Of a stretch of DNA of 64,000 nucleotides, positions 48,912-57,763 are shown in pieces (within the stretch, counting starts at the first letter, position 1; each line of letters starts with the position of its first letter). The position numbers and the translations under genes are program-made. This DNA is from Trueperaceae bacterium. Its GTDB lineage: Bacteria > Deinococcota > Deinococci > Deinococcales > Trueperaceae. The stretch covers positions 353,593-417,592 of the forward strand of contig JAXHNB010000001.1 in NCBI GenBank assembly GCA_034520945.1. Reading direction: 5' to 3'. The notes beneath the pieces are model-generated. The model saw nothing but the letters and a program-made list of their open reading frames with translations. It had not been told where the DNA came from and did no database searches.

Positions 48912-51602
48912 TCACTGCCGGCGACCACCTCCTTTTGCGTCGGGGACCAGCTCGACGGTGCGGACCTCCTGCGGCTCCATTGCCAGCGGCACCGCCGAAC
49001 CGTCGCGCGCGATGGGTTCGAGGCGCGTCTCGTCCAACCGCACGAGATGCGCCTCTTCGATCGAAACGCCCGGCGTGAGGGCACCCTCGACGCGCCGGGG
49101 GGAAGGGTTCCAGATGCGGACCAGCAGGCTCGGCCGCGACGTGGCGCGGGTGCAGGCCGTCATCACCAGCGGCGCCGTCAGCTCCAGCGTGCGGGTGGGG
49201 GCCGCGGCGGGCCCCTGCACGGCGCGCGCCCGCGGCGGGGCGGCGAACAGGTCGGCCTCGTGCAGCAGGGGCGCGTGCCAGTCCTCGCCGGGCAGCGGCA
49301 TGACGGCCAGCTCGAAGGCGTGCCGGCCGGGGCACTGCGCGCCCGGCACCGGCAGCGCGGGCCCGGCGCCCTGCGGGCGCGAGGTGAGGTCGTCCCGCGA
49401 CAGCCAGCCGACGCAGCGCAGCAGCGTCACCGCCAGGTCCACGCCGTGCTCGCCGGCGCGCGGTTCGAGCTCCGGCAGGCCACGGTTCAGGACCGCCAGC
49501 CCGCGACGCCCGCTCTGGACGGCGGTGAAGCGGCGCTGCGGCATGGTGGGCTGCGGCGTTTGGAACCACCCCTCGCCCGCGGGCGGCCGCACCGGCCGGC
49601 GGACCAGGTCGAAGTGCCCCTCGCACCAGACGTGATCTGAGCGGCAGCCACTGGCGACGCACAGCCGCAGGCGGTGGTCCTCGGCGTGGTTCTCCACCTC
49701 GACGCGCACGCCCAGGGCGGGCCGCTCGGCCTCCACCCGCAGCTCCACCGTGAGCGGCAGCGTCACCGTGCCTTCGCGGGCGCGCCGGTCGTCGCGCAGC
49801 CGGGCGGGCAGGTCCGCGCGGTAGCTCAGCCGCACCGTGGCGCGCAACGGGCCGTCCTCCACCAGCTCGGGGGGGCCGTCGGGCGCGCGCAGCGTGATGG
49901 GTTCCTCGTCCAGGGGCGAGAAGTCGTAGGAGTCGCCGGCGTCGGCGTCGTCCTCGAAGCGCAGCTCCAGGGGGTAGTCGATGCCGGACGCCAGGTCGCT
50001 CAGCACCACCGCGCCGTACGGGTCGACCTCCAGGCGGATCCGGTCGTTCTCGGCCTGCAGCGTGCCCTGGTGGCGCGTGGTGCGGACCTGCGGCGCCGCC
50101 TCGCTCGGGCCTTCGGCCAGGTCGTACGACGCGAACCCCAGCGGCGGCAGCTCCGCCGCGAACGTCAGGTGGGCGTGCGCCTCGCGCGCGTCGCTGCGGC
50201 CCGGCGCGTACGGGTGCGTCACCGTCGCCTCGCACGGCACCGCGCGCCCGCTGGCGTCTTGGAGCCTCGGCGCACCGTCGCCCGTCCAGGGCAGCGTCAC
50301 CTCCAGCAGGCGGCGCACGGGCCGCGGGTGCGGGTTGAACACGCTGACGGCGTGCGTCCCCTCGGGCCCGGCCAGGGCGCGTTCGGCGGCGTCCTCCAGC
50401 GGGGCGGCGACGTGATGCATCGAGGCGAAGCGGGTCATCATCTCGTCGTGCACGGCGTCGACCGAGCAGCCGCAGATCGAGTCGTGCGGGTGGTTCTCCA
50501 ACAATATGCGCCAGGCGTGATCCAGCAGCGCGGCGGGGTACGCCTGCCCGTGCAGCCACGCCAGCGCGGCCAACGGCTCCGTGTACGCCTCCAGCCGCGT
50601 CTGGGCGCGCGCGTTGGCCTGCTTCAAATACATGCGGGCCGACAGCACGCCGCTGAGGAGGTGGTGGTAGCGGCCGGCGCGGAACTCGCCGCGGTGCCGC
50701 GCCAGGTCGCCGGCCGCGCCGCGGGCGTGCCGCACGAACGCCTCCAGGTCGGCGTGGCGGACCTCCACGCCTTGGAGGGCGTCGTTCAGGTCGCGGATGG
50801 CGCGGGGGGCGTCGGCCTGTGCGTACAAGTGATCGGAGCCGTTCAGCAGCAGCAGCGCGTCCCCAGTGGCGTAGGCGGTGGCGCCCCCTTCGATCCGCTC
50901 GAGCGACTCGCGGATCCACACCGGCAGCTCCGCGATGTCGCGCCCGTCCGTGCCGTACAGGGCCGCCCGCGCGTGCCGCACCGCCAGGTCGGGGTCGTAG
51001 GGATCGGTCATCTCCCAGTCGGCGTGCCCGATGGCGGCGGCGGAGGAGTACGAGGTGAGCAGGTGCTTGGTGAACACCTCCGAGGCGCCGTCGGCGCGTT
51101 CCCACAGGAACTCGCCGCGCAGGCGTTCGCCCTCGTCGCCGACGCCGCGCTCGAACACGATGGCGTCCAGCCCGAACCCTTCCGCCAGCAGCGGCAGTTG
51201 CGACACGTGCCCGAACGAGTCCGGCGTGTACGCCACCGGCAGCCGGTCCCCGAACGCCGCGCAGGTGCGGGTCCCGAGCGACAGGTTGCGCACCAGCGCC
51301 TCGGGGCTGACCAGGAACTCGTCCGCCAGCACGTACCACGGCCCGATGCGGATCCGGCCCGCCTCGATCAGGCGCCGCAGCTCGGCCTCTCGCTCTGGGC
51401 GCACCTCGAGGTAGTCGCGCAGCACGATCGCTTGGCCGTCCAGCGTGAACGAAGGGAAGGCCGGGTCGCGCGCCAGCAGGTCCAGCAGGTCGTCGATGAC
51501 GCGCACCAGCCGGGCGCGGAAGCTCTCGAACGGCAGGTACCACTCGCGGTCCCAGTGCGTGTGCGGCACGAAGTAGGCGGTGTAGCGCGGCGCGGTGCTC
51601 AT
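48912..51602 (-). CDS. GH38 alpha-mannosidase (MngB-like)
   Basis: VPHTHWDREWY, LDGQ, IGPWY, PDSFGH, NGSDH, NHPHDSICGCSVD, TLLRCVGWLS; start MSTAPRY at 51602. Confidence 0.92.
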   Translation of the reverse strand: MSTAPRYTAYFVPHTHWDREWYLPFESFRARLVRVIDDLLDLLARDPAFPSFTLDGQAIVLRDYLEVRPEREAELRRLIEAGRIRIGPWYVLADEFLVSPEALVRNLSLGTRTCAAFGDRLPVAYTPDSFGHVSQLPLLAEGFGLDAIVFERGVGDEGERLRGEFLWERADGASEVFTKHLLTSYSSAAAIGHADWEMTDPYDPDLAVRHARAALYGTDGRDIAELPVWIRESLERIEGGATAYATGDALLLLNGSDHLYAQADAPRAIRDLNDALQGVEVRHADLEAFVRHARGAAGDLARHRGEFRAGRYHHLLSGVLSARMYLKQANARAQTRLEAYTEPLAALAWLHGQAYPAALLDHAWRILLENHPHDSICGCSVDAVHDEMMTRFASMHHVAAPLEDAAERALAGPEGTHAVSVFNPHPRPVRRLLEVTLPWTGDGAPRLQDASGRAVPCEATVTHPYAPGRSDAREAHAHLTFAAELPPLGFASYDLAEGPSEAAPQVRTTRHQGTLQAENDRIRLEVDPYGAVVLSDLASGIDYPLELRFEDDADAGDSYDFSPLDEEPITLRAPDGPPELVEDGPLRATVRLSYRADLPARLRDDRRAREGTVTLPLTVELRVEAERPALGVRVEVENHAEDHRLRLCVASGCRSDHVWCEGHFDLVRRPVRPPAGEGWFQTPQPTMPQRRFTAVQSGRRGLAVLNRGLPELEPRAGEHGVDLAVTLLRCVGWLSRDDLTSRPQGAGPALPVPGAQCPGRHAFELAVMPLPGEDWHAPLLHEADLFAAPPRARAVQGPAAAPTRTLELTAPLVMTACTRATSRPSLLVRIWNPSPRRVEGALTPGVSIEEAHLVRLDETRLEPIARDGSAVPLAMEPQEVRTVELVPDAKGGGRRQ

Positions 51603-52597
51603 GTGGACTCCCGGGGGGCGAGGGCGTGGGGGACGATGGTGCGGGTCGGCGTGTGGTCGTTGCCGCGCACGGCGGCCAGCAGCGCGTCGGCGGCGCGGCG
51701 TCCCAACTGGTAGGCGTTCAGCTCGACGGAGCTGAGGCGCGGGTCGGTGTACTCGGTCAGGTCGTCGTTGTTCATGCCCATCACCGCCACGTCGTCCGGC
51801 ACGCGCCTTCCGGCCTCGCGCACGCCGCGCATGGCGCCGATGGCCATCACGTCGCTGAGCGCCAGCACGCTCCGGAACGGCGCGCCGTCGGTGATCAGCG
51901 CCCGCACCTGCCGCCGCGCCGCCTCGGCCGTGCCGTCGGTGACGCAGGCGATCTCCTCGCCTTCCATGCCGTGCCGCGCCAGCGCGCGGCGGTAGCCCTC
52001 GCGGCGGTCGACGGTGAAGGTGTGCCGCTCGGGCCCACTCAGGAACAGCACCGGCCCGGGTCGCCCACGCAGCAGCGCGTCGGTGGCGTCGTCGGCGGCG
52101 GCGTGGTTGTCGTTGTCGACGCTGCGGACCTGGCGGTTGGCGGCGCGCCCCAGCAGCACGTGCGGGAACGCCCGTTCGGCCAGGTGCTCCACCAGCGCCT
52201 CGTTGTCGGAGGGGTTCATCAGGATCACGCCGTCGGTGGCGCGCTCCAAGATCAGGTGCTCGACGGTGGACAGCGCCTCGGCCTCGTCGCCCACCACCTT
52301 CAGCGCCACGGCGTACTGCGCCTTGCGGGCGGTGTCGTGCAGGCCGTGCAGGAAGCGCGTGTTGAACGAGCTGGTCAGCGCCGCGTCGATGGCTGGGTTG
52401 ATCACGTCCAGCGTCCAGGTCCGGCCGCTGGAGAGGCTCCGGGCGGCCCGCATGCGGTGGTAGTTCAGTTCGTCCGCCACCCGCAGGATGCGGTCGCGCG
52501 TGTCCGCCTTCACCCGCGCGTCGCCGTTCAGCGCCAACGACGCCGTCGACACCGACACCTCGGCCCGCTTGGCAATGTCCCGGATGGTCTTGGCCAT
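51599..52597 (-). CDS. LacI family transcriptional regulator
   Basis: TIRDIAKRAEVSVSTASLALNG, VPDDVAVMG, PRLSSV. Confidence 0.95.
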   Translation of the reverse strand: MAKTIRDIAKRAEVSVSTASLALNGDARVKADTRDRILRVADELNYHRMRAARSLSSGRTWTLDVINPAIDAALTSSFNTRFLHGLHDTARKAQYAVALKVVGDEAEALSTVEHLILERATDGVILMNPSDNEALVEHLAERAFPHVLLGRAANRQVRSVDNDNHAAADDATDALLRGRPGPVLFLSGPERHTFTVDRREGYRRALARHGMEGEEIACVTDGTAEAARRQVRALITDGAPFRSVLALSDVMAIGAMRGVREAGRRVPDDVAVMGMNNDDLTEYTDPRLSSVELNAYQLGRRAADALLAAVRGNDHTPTRTIVPHALAPREST

Positions 52598-52614
52598 GCC
52601 CGTGCCACCCTCCG

Positions 52615-52630
52615 ATCGAACCGGTTCGAT
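52615..52630. promoter_or_regulatory. Putative LacI-family operator
   Basis: Perfect 16-bp palindrome ATCGAACCGGTTCGAT with central CG, 17 nt upstream of the LacI start. Confidence 0.65.
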
Positions 52631-52693
52631 AGCGGCCCTGACTCAAACCTGCTGCGACATCGGCCTACGAACCTGCGGCTGTGATCTAGGGCG

Positions 52694-52723
52694 AGTGTAG
52701 GGAGTGCGGGCGGTCGGTGTCAA
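52694..52723 (-). promoter_or_regulatory. Sigma70-type promoter of the sugar operon
   Basis: TTGACA-N18-TACACT on the minus strand. Confidence 0.65.
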
Positions 52724-52787
52724 TCGTTCGTCGGCGGTGGGCCGTCGCTCCCCGGCAGGGCCGGGGGTTGGTGGGTTGCACGGCTCC

Positions 52788-52916
52788 TCGATGCCCATGG
52801 GCAGCAACGGCGTCGAAATACCCATGATTGGCGCTCGACACCCCGGATTTGCGTCCCTCACGCACATGAGATTTCGATGAGGGTACGGAGGAGGCGTTGA
52901 TGCGCATGGGCATCAA
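52788..52916. repeat. ~130-bp palindrome-doublet element, copy 4 (inverted)
   Basis: Palindromes at 52788-52807 and 52897-52916, centres 109 bp apart; reverse complement contains TGCGTGAGGGACG and GGGTATTT. Confidence 0.85.
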
Positions 52917-53065
52917 CAGGAAGCCGTAGACGAACCCCCGGAGCCCGGGTTGGGGTTCCAGGAGCCCTCTGCTCGTGGTCTGAAGCCTCGCCATATCGTC
53001 CCCGGCCCGTAGCCGCCCATCCGCACGCCGCAATCGGCGCGCCTCACGCCGCAGCCCGAAGGGCG

Positions 53066-53932
53066 TCAGCGCCCGTAGCGCCGTTCGCGCGCCTGGAAGC
53101 TGCGGAGCGCCCGCAGGAAGTCCAGCCGCCGGAAGTCGGGCCAGAAGGCGTCGCAGAAGTAGAACTCGCTGTACACGGTCTGCCACAACAGGAAGCCGGA
53201 CAGGCGCACCTCGCCGCTGGTCCGGATCACGAAGTCCGGGTCGGGCAGGCCGGCGGTCCAGAGGTGCTCGCCGATGGCGCCGGCATCGATCTCGTCCGCG
53301 ACGTCGCTGAGGTCGGCCCCCGCCTCCGCGCGTGAGGTCAGCAGGCGGCGGACGGCGGCGACGATCTCCTCGCGCCCGCCGTAGCCGAGCGCCAGGTTGA
53401 GGTGCATGCCGTCGTGGTGCGCGGTCTGCGCCTCGATGTCGGCGAGGGCGTGCTGGGCCTCCGCCGAGAACGACGACACGTCGCCGATGACGCGGACGCG
53501 CACGCGGTGGCGCGTCAGGCGCGGATCCGTGGCCAACGTTCGGGCCTGCTCGGCGAAGAGGTGGTGGAGGTGCGCGACCTCCTCGGCGCTGCGGCTGCGG
53601 TTGTCGCTGCTGAAGCCCCACAGGGTCACGTGCGGGATGCCGAGCTGCAGGCACCAGTCCAGGACCTCGTGCGCCTTCGACGCGCCGACGTCGTGCCCCT
53701 CGAGCACGCCGACGTGGGCCAGGCGGGCGAAGCGGCGGTTGCCGTCCATGATGATGCCGATGTGCTTGGGCAGGGGACCGCGCCGGAGGCGGGCCTCCAG
53801 GCGGCGTTCGTACAGCCAGTAGATCGGGGCGGAGAGGCGGCGCCACAGGTGGTACGCGCCGAGCGTGCCGCGCGGGCGATCGGCGCCGGCCGGCTCGGAT
53901 GCGCGCTGGGGCAGATTCTTTGTATCGCCCAC
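53066..53932 (-). CDS. uppS: cis-prenyltransferase (UppS family)
   Basis: HIGIIMDGNRR, FSSDN, ALGYGGREEI, IRTSGEVRLSGFLLWQ, RERRYG; TACAAT 6 nt before GTG 53932. Confidence 0.85.
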   Translation of the reverse strand: MGDTKNLPQRASEPAGADRPRGTLGAYHLWRRLSAPIYWLYERRLEARLRRGPLPKHIGIIMDGNRRFARLAHVGVLEGHDVGASKAHEVLDWCLQLGIPHVTLWGFSSDNRSRSAEEVAHLHHLFAEQARTLATDPRLTRHRVRVRVIGDVSSFSAEAQHALADIEAQTAHHDGMHLNLALGYGGREEIVAAVRRLLTSRAEAGADLSDVADEIDAGAIGEHLWTAGLPDPDFVIRTSGEVRLSGFLLWQTVYSEFYFCDAFWPDFRRLDFLRALRSFQARERRYGR

Positions 53933-54122
53933 GGCGCGATTGTACCGGATCGCCGGCACGCGATGGACGGCACATCAGGTGTTGTGACGGTTGGCACAAG
54001 CCGCCCGAGAGCGCACTGACATACTCCTGGTGGGAGTAAAGAAAATCGTTGCTGGACGTGCACGACCTGTACGCCGCGACGATTCGATTCGGAAGGGGTG
54101 GCTTGCATGGTCTCCCCACGCA

Positions 54123-54205
54123 GCATCGAGGAGGCAATGACGCCGAGTCCGCAGTTTGGGCGCCGAAGGACCGGCCGAGCCAGTGGCGCAACCGACCAAA
54201 GATGC
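54123..54205 (+). ncRNA. c-di-GMP-II-like riboswitch aptamer 1
   Basis: GGAGGCAAUGAC...UUUGGGCGCC...CGAGCCAGUGGCGCAACCGACC; closing stem GCAUC/GAUGC; pseudoknot GCGCC/GGCGC; matches the recalled c-di-GMP-II consensus. Confidence 0.8.
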
Positions 54206-54316
54206 ATCCAACGGGCCGAACCGTGCATGGGAGGTGCACGAAGGCCAACCGAGCTTCGGCGACGAAGCTCGGACCCATGCCGCGTCAACGGACGCGAAGG
54301 AAAGGATGCAGTGCTT

Positions 54317-57300
54317 ATGAAACGCATTGGCTTCGGTGCAATCCTCGTCCTCCTACTGGCCGCCTGTGGCACCACGGAACCGCAGGTCGGGTCGTGGGTC
54401 GGGTCGGTGTCGTTCGCGCCCGAACACGAGGCGGTGGACGTGCCGGTCGACACCAACATCGTGATCACGTACGCGTTCAGCGACGGCACGGACCGGATCG
54501 GTCTCAGCGATCACGACGCCACCTTCACCGTCATGGCGCAGGACGACGAGACCAGCGCCCTGCAAGGTGCGCAGGTTTCCGGCGCCACACAGCTGGACGA
54601 AGAGGCGGGCCAACTGATCTTCGATCCCGCCGACGACCTGGCACACGACACGACCTACCAGGTCACGGTCGAGGGCTCCGTCACCACCGAAGAGGACGAA
54701 CAGTTCACCGGCACGACCACCTGGAGTTTCACCACGGCCGGCGACATCATCATTGGCGGTCCGGACGGTGGCGGACCCATCACCATCGATGACTCCCGCG
54801 CGGCACGCCCACGGTCCCGGTCGACAACGGGACCGACAGCGAGGTCACCGTCACCATCGAGTGCGTGGACTCGGACGGCGACGCGGCGGACGGCTTCAGC
54901 TTGGATCCGGGCACGGCCGAAGAGGTCACGACCACGAACCAGACGGTCGTTGCCGACCTCGACGTGGTCGAAGACGGCACCTATACCTGCGTGATCACCG
55001 CCAGCGACGATGACACCACCGCCACCGAAGAGGTCACCGTCATCGTGGACACCTCGGGCGATGGGACCGGTGGTGGCGGCGACGGTGATGGCAATGGTGA
55101 TGGCGACGAGCCCGGCTTCGACCTGCCGACGAACGGCGGCAACATCGACGTCGGCGACGACGACACGGGTGAGACCGACCTGGACGTCGGCCGCGACGGC
55201 GGCCACGACGGCCTGATCGACTTCACCTACACCTGCCCGGTCGATATCGAACTCGCGTTCGATCCGAACCCGGTCGACGGCGGCATCGATCAGACCACCG
55301 TCACCGCCACCGTCGGTGCCGACGTGCCCAACGGCTCGTACGACTGCACCGTGACCGGCACCGACACCGTGACGGGCGAGACCGACGACTCGACCGTCAC
55401 TGTCGATGTGAACCGCACCGTCGAGGGGCTCTCCCTGCCGGACGACGGCACGCTCGCGATCACGATCGGCGATCCCTCCGGAAGCGCACCCCCCCAAGGC
55501 TCCGTCGACTTCGTCGTCGAACGTCTCGACGGCTTCGACGGACAGCTCGTCGTCGGTGCCGAGTGCACCCAGGCCGGCCTGCAGGTCGAATCGGTGAGCG
55601 CGGACTCTGACCACCACGGACGGCTACACGCTGACCGTCAGCCTGGTGGATCCGAACAACGGCCTCTCCAACGGCACCTACCCCGCCGCCTGCGAGATCA
55701 CGGCCGGCGCCGAAGGCTCCTCCGATGCGACGACCACGGTGGACGTCATCGTCGACCGCACGATCGGCGACTTCCAGCTTCCCGGCAGCGACGGCTCCGG
55801 CATCACCGTGACGATCGACGACGACAACACCCCGACGGTCACCCGCATGCTGTCGATCGCACGTGGCGACGCCTTTGGCGACACCACCGTCGACCTCAGC
55901 GTGACGTGCGTCCCGTTCGACGACATTTCGGGCAGCGTGAACCCGACCAGCACGAGTGGGGACAGCACGGAGCTGGACGTCACCGCCGTCGAGGGCCTGG
56001 ACAACGGGACCTACGAGAATGCGTGCGAGGTGGTGGGCACCGCCACGCACAACAGCGCAACGGTGACCTCCAGCACGCTCGTCACCGTCGAGGTGGCGCG
56101 GACGGTCGAGGGGATCGACTTCGGACCGACCGGAACCCTCGAATTCGAGATCGGCAACAGCGGTTCCGATACGCAGCCGATCACGATCGATCGCACCAAC
56201 GGCTTCACGGGCGACGTGCACGTGACGGGTTCCTGCGGGGACGAACCGGGCATCACCTTCGACCCTGTCACCATCGAGGACGGCGACACCACCGCGCAGG
56301 TGACCGCGCACGCTGAGCGCGGCGTCGACAACGACACGGCCGGCTACACCTGCGAACTGACCGGCTCCGGTGACCTGTCGAAGGACGCCACCCTCGATGC
56401 CACCGTCGAGGTCGATCGGACCTACGACGAGTTCGGCCTGCCCGAGCCTGGCGACGTGACGATCTACGTCGGCAACGACGGAGAGGGCTCGGGCACGCTC
56501 GAAATCGAGCGCGACGGGATCGTCGGAGACACCGAACTGGACCTGTCCGTATCGGCGTGCGACGCCGGCATCGCGTTGACGTTCGAGAACGGATCCACGA
56601 ACGCCACCACGAGGGCGATGCCACCTTGAACGTCGAGGTGACCGGCGACGTCGACAACGGCACCTACAGCTGCGAGGTGACCGTCACGAACCCCGAGACC
56701 GGGGAGACGGACACCACCACGGTGGAGATCGTGGTGCAGCAGTTCTCGCTCGGCACGGACCAGTTGTCCGTGACGTACGAGGAGGGCCAGACGGCCAGCG
56801 ACGCGCTCGACATCGAGCGGGACGACGACATGGCGTTCGAGGTGGCGATCGATGTCACCTGTGAGCAGGGCGTCACGGTCGATCCCAGCAGCACGACGCT
56901 GACCGGCATGGGAACCTCGACGTATACCTTCGATGTGAGCGGCGGGAACGGCGGTTCGTCGTACACCTGCTCGATCGAAGCCAGCACGCAGGACGGCGAC
57001 GGCAACACGCTGGACACCGAAGCGGCCACGCTCTCGATCGTCGTCGAGGAAGTGCCGACGACGCCCGAGTGCGAACTCGCATCGTTCACGTACGTCGGTG
57101 GCCAAGGTCCTGACGGCAACGTCTGGTACTACGACGAGGAGCCTGCAGCCCGTCGTTCCTGCAGAGCGCCGTGAACGCTCGATTGGATCGGGCCTCGTCG
57201 AGGCAGCGACGCTGCGTTCTGCGACGAGCACGCCGACGTCAGCTTCGTGCTCCACTCGGTGTCGCCGGGCAACTCGCCGAACGCGTTCTTCGAGATCGAT

Positions 57301-57444
57301 CCGAACACCGGCGCGATCGACAAGGTCGACAGCTCGAACCACGCGCCGGATCGCATCGTCCAGGTGGAGGCCACCTACGACGGCGTGTCCCAGATCTCCA
57401 ACGAGATCATCCTGCGCAACGAGAACCACAACCCGCCTGAATGA
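54317..57444 (+). CDS. Large acidic surface lipoprotein: Big_5-like domain plus ~7 Cys-paired beta-sandwich repeats (several frameshifts)
   Basis: Lipobox MKRIGFGAILVLLLAAC; P...VDVPVDTNIVITY...LIFDPADDLAHDTTYQVTV...WSFTT; continuous across ORF pieces with shifts near 54800, 55610, 56610 and 57150-57215. Confidence 0.7.
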
Positions 57445-57474
57445 GTCGTTCGGGCACGACCGTGCCCGAACGAC
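57445..57474 (+). terminator. Hairpin directly after the lipoprotein stop codon
   Basis: GTCGTTCGGGCACG-ac-CGTGCCCGAACGAC. Confidence 0.6.
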
Positions 57475-57763
57475 ACGCTCCATTCCTCGAAGAAGGAAGG
57501 CCGGAACGCGACCCGCGCACGGGGGTCGCGTTCCTCTGCTTCACGAGGGTCCTTGCGCGTCTCCCGACAAGAGGACGCGCCTGGGGCCGCGATGCGTCTC
57601 GCACGGCCCATCGGATCCGACCTAGACATCCCGTGTGGCAGCGCACGCAACGCTGGCGTGCTGATCTGGATAGGGCCGGCCGGCAGTGGGGTCGTCGCGT
57701 GATGGCCCAGCAGCATTCGGCAATCTCACACCACGGTCGCGCCAGGTCGAATATCCTTGTGCG

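Noticed and set aside
48912..52646. 1244-aa ORF as a LacI-GH38 fusion
   Set aside because: The first ~350 aa are an off-frame read of the LacI gene; GH38 motifs begin at ATG 51602
5328..52916. Palindrome pairs read as mini-CRISPR arrays
   Set aside because: Only two repeats per locus, 90-bp interiors that are homologous between loci rather than unique spacers, and no cas genes in the window
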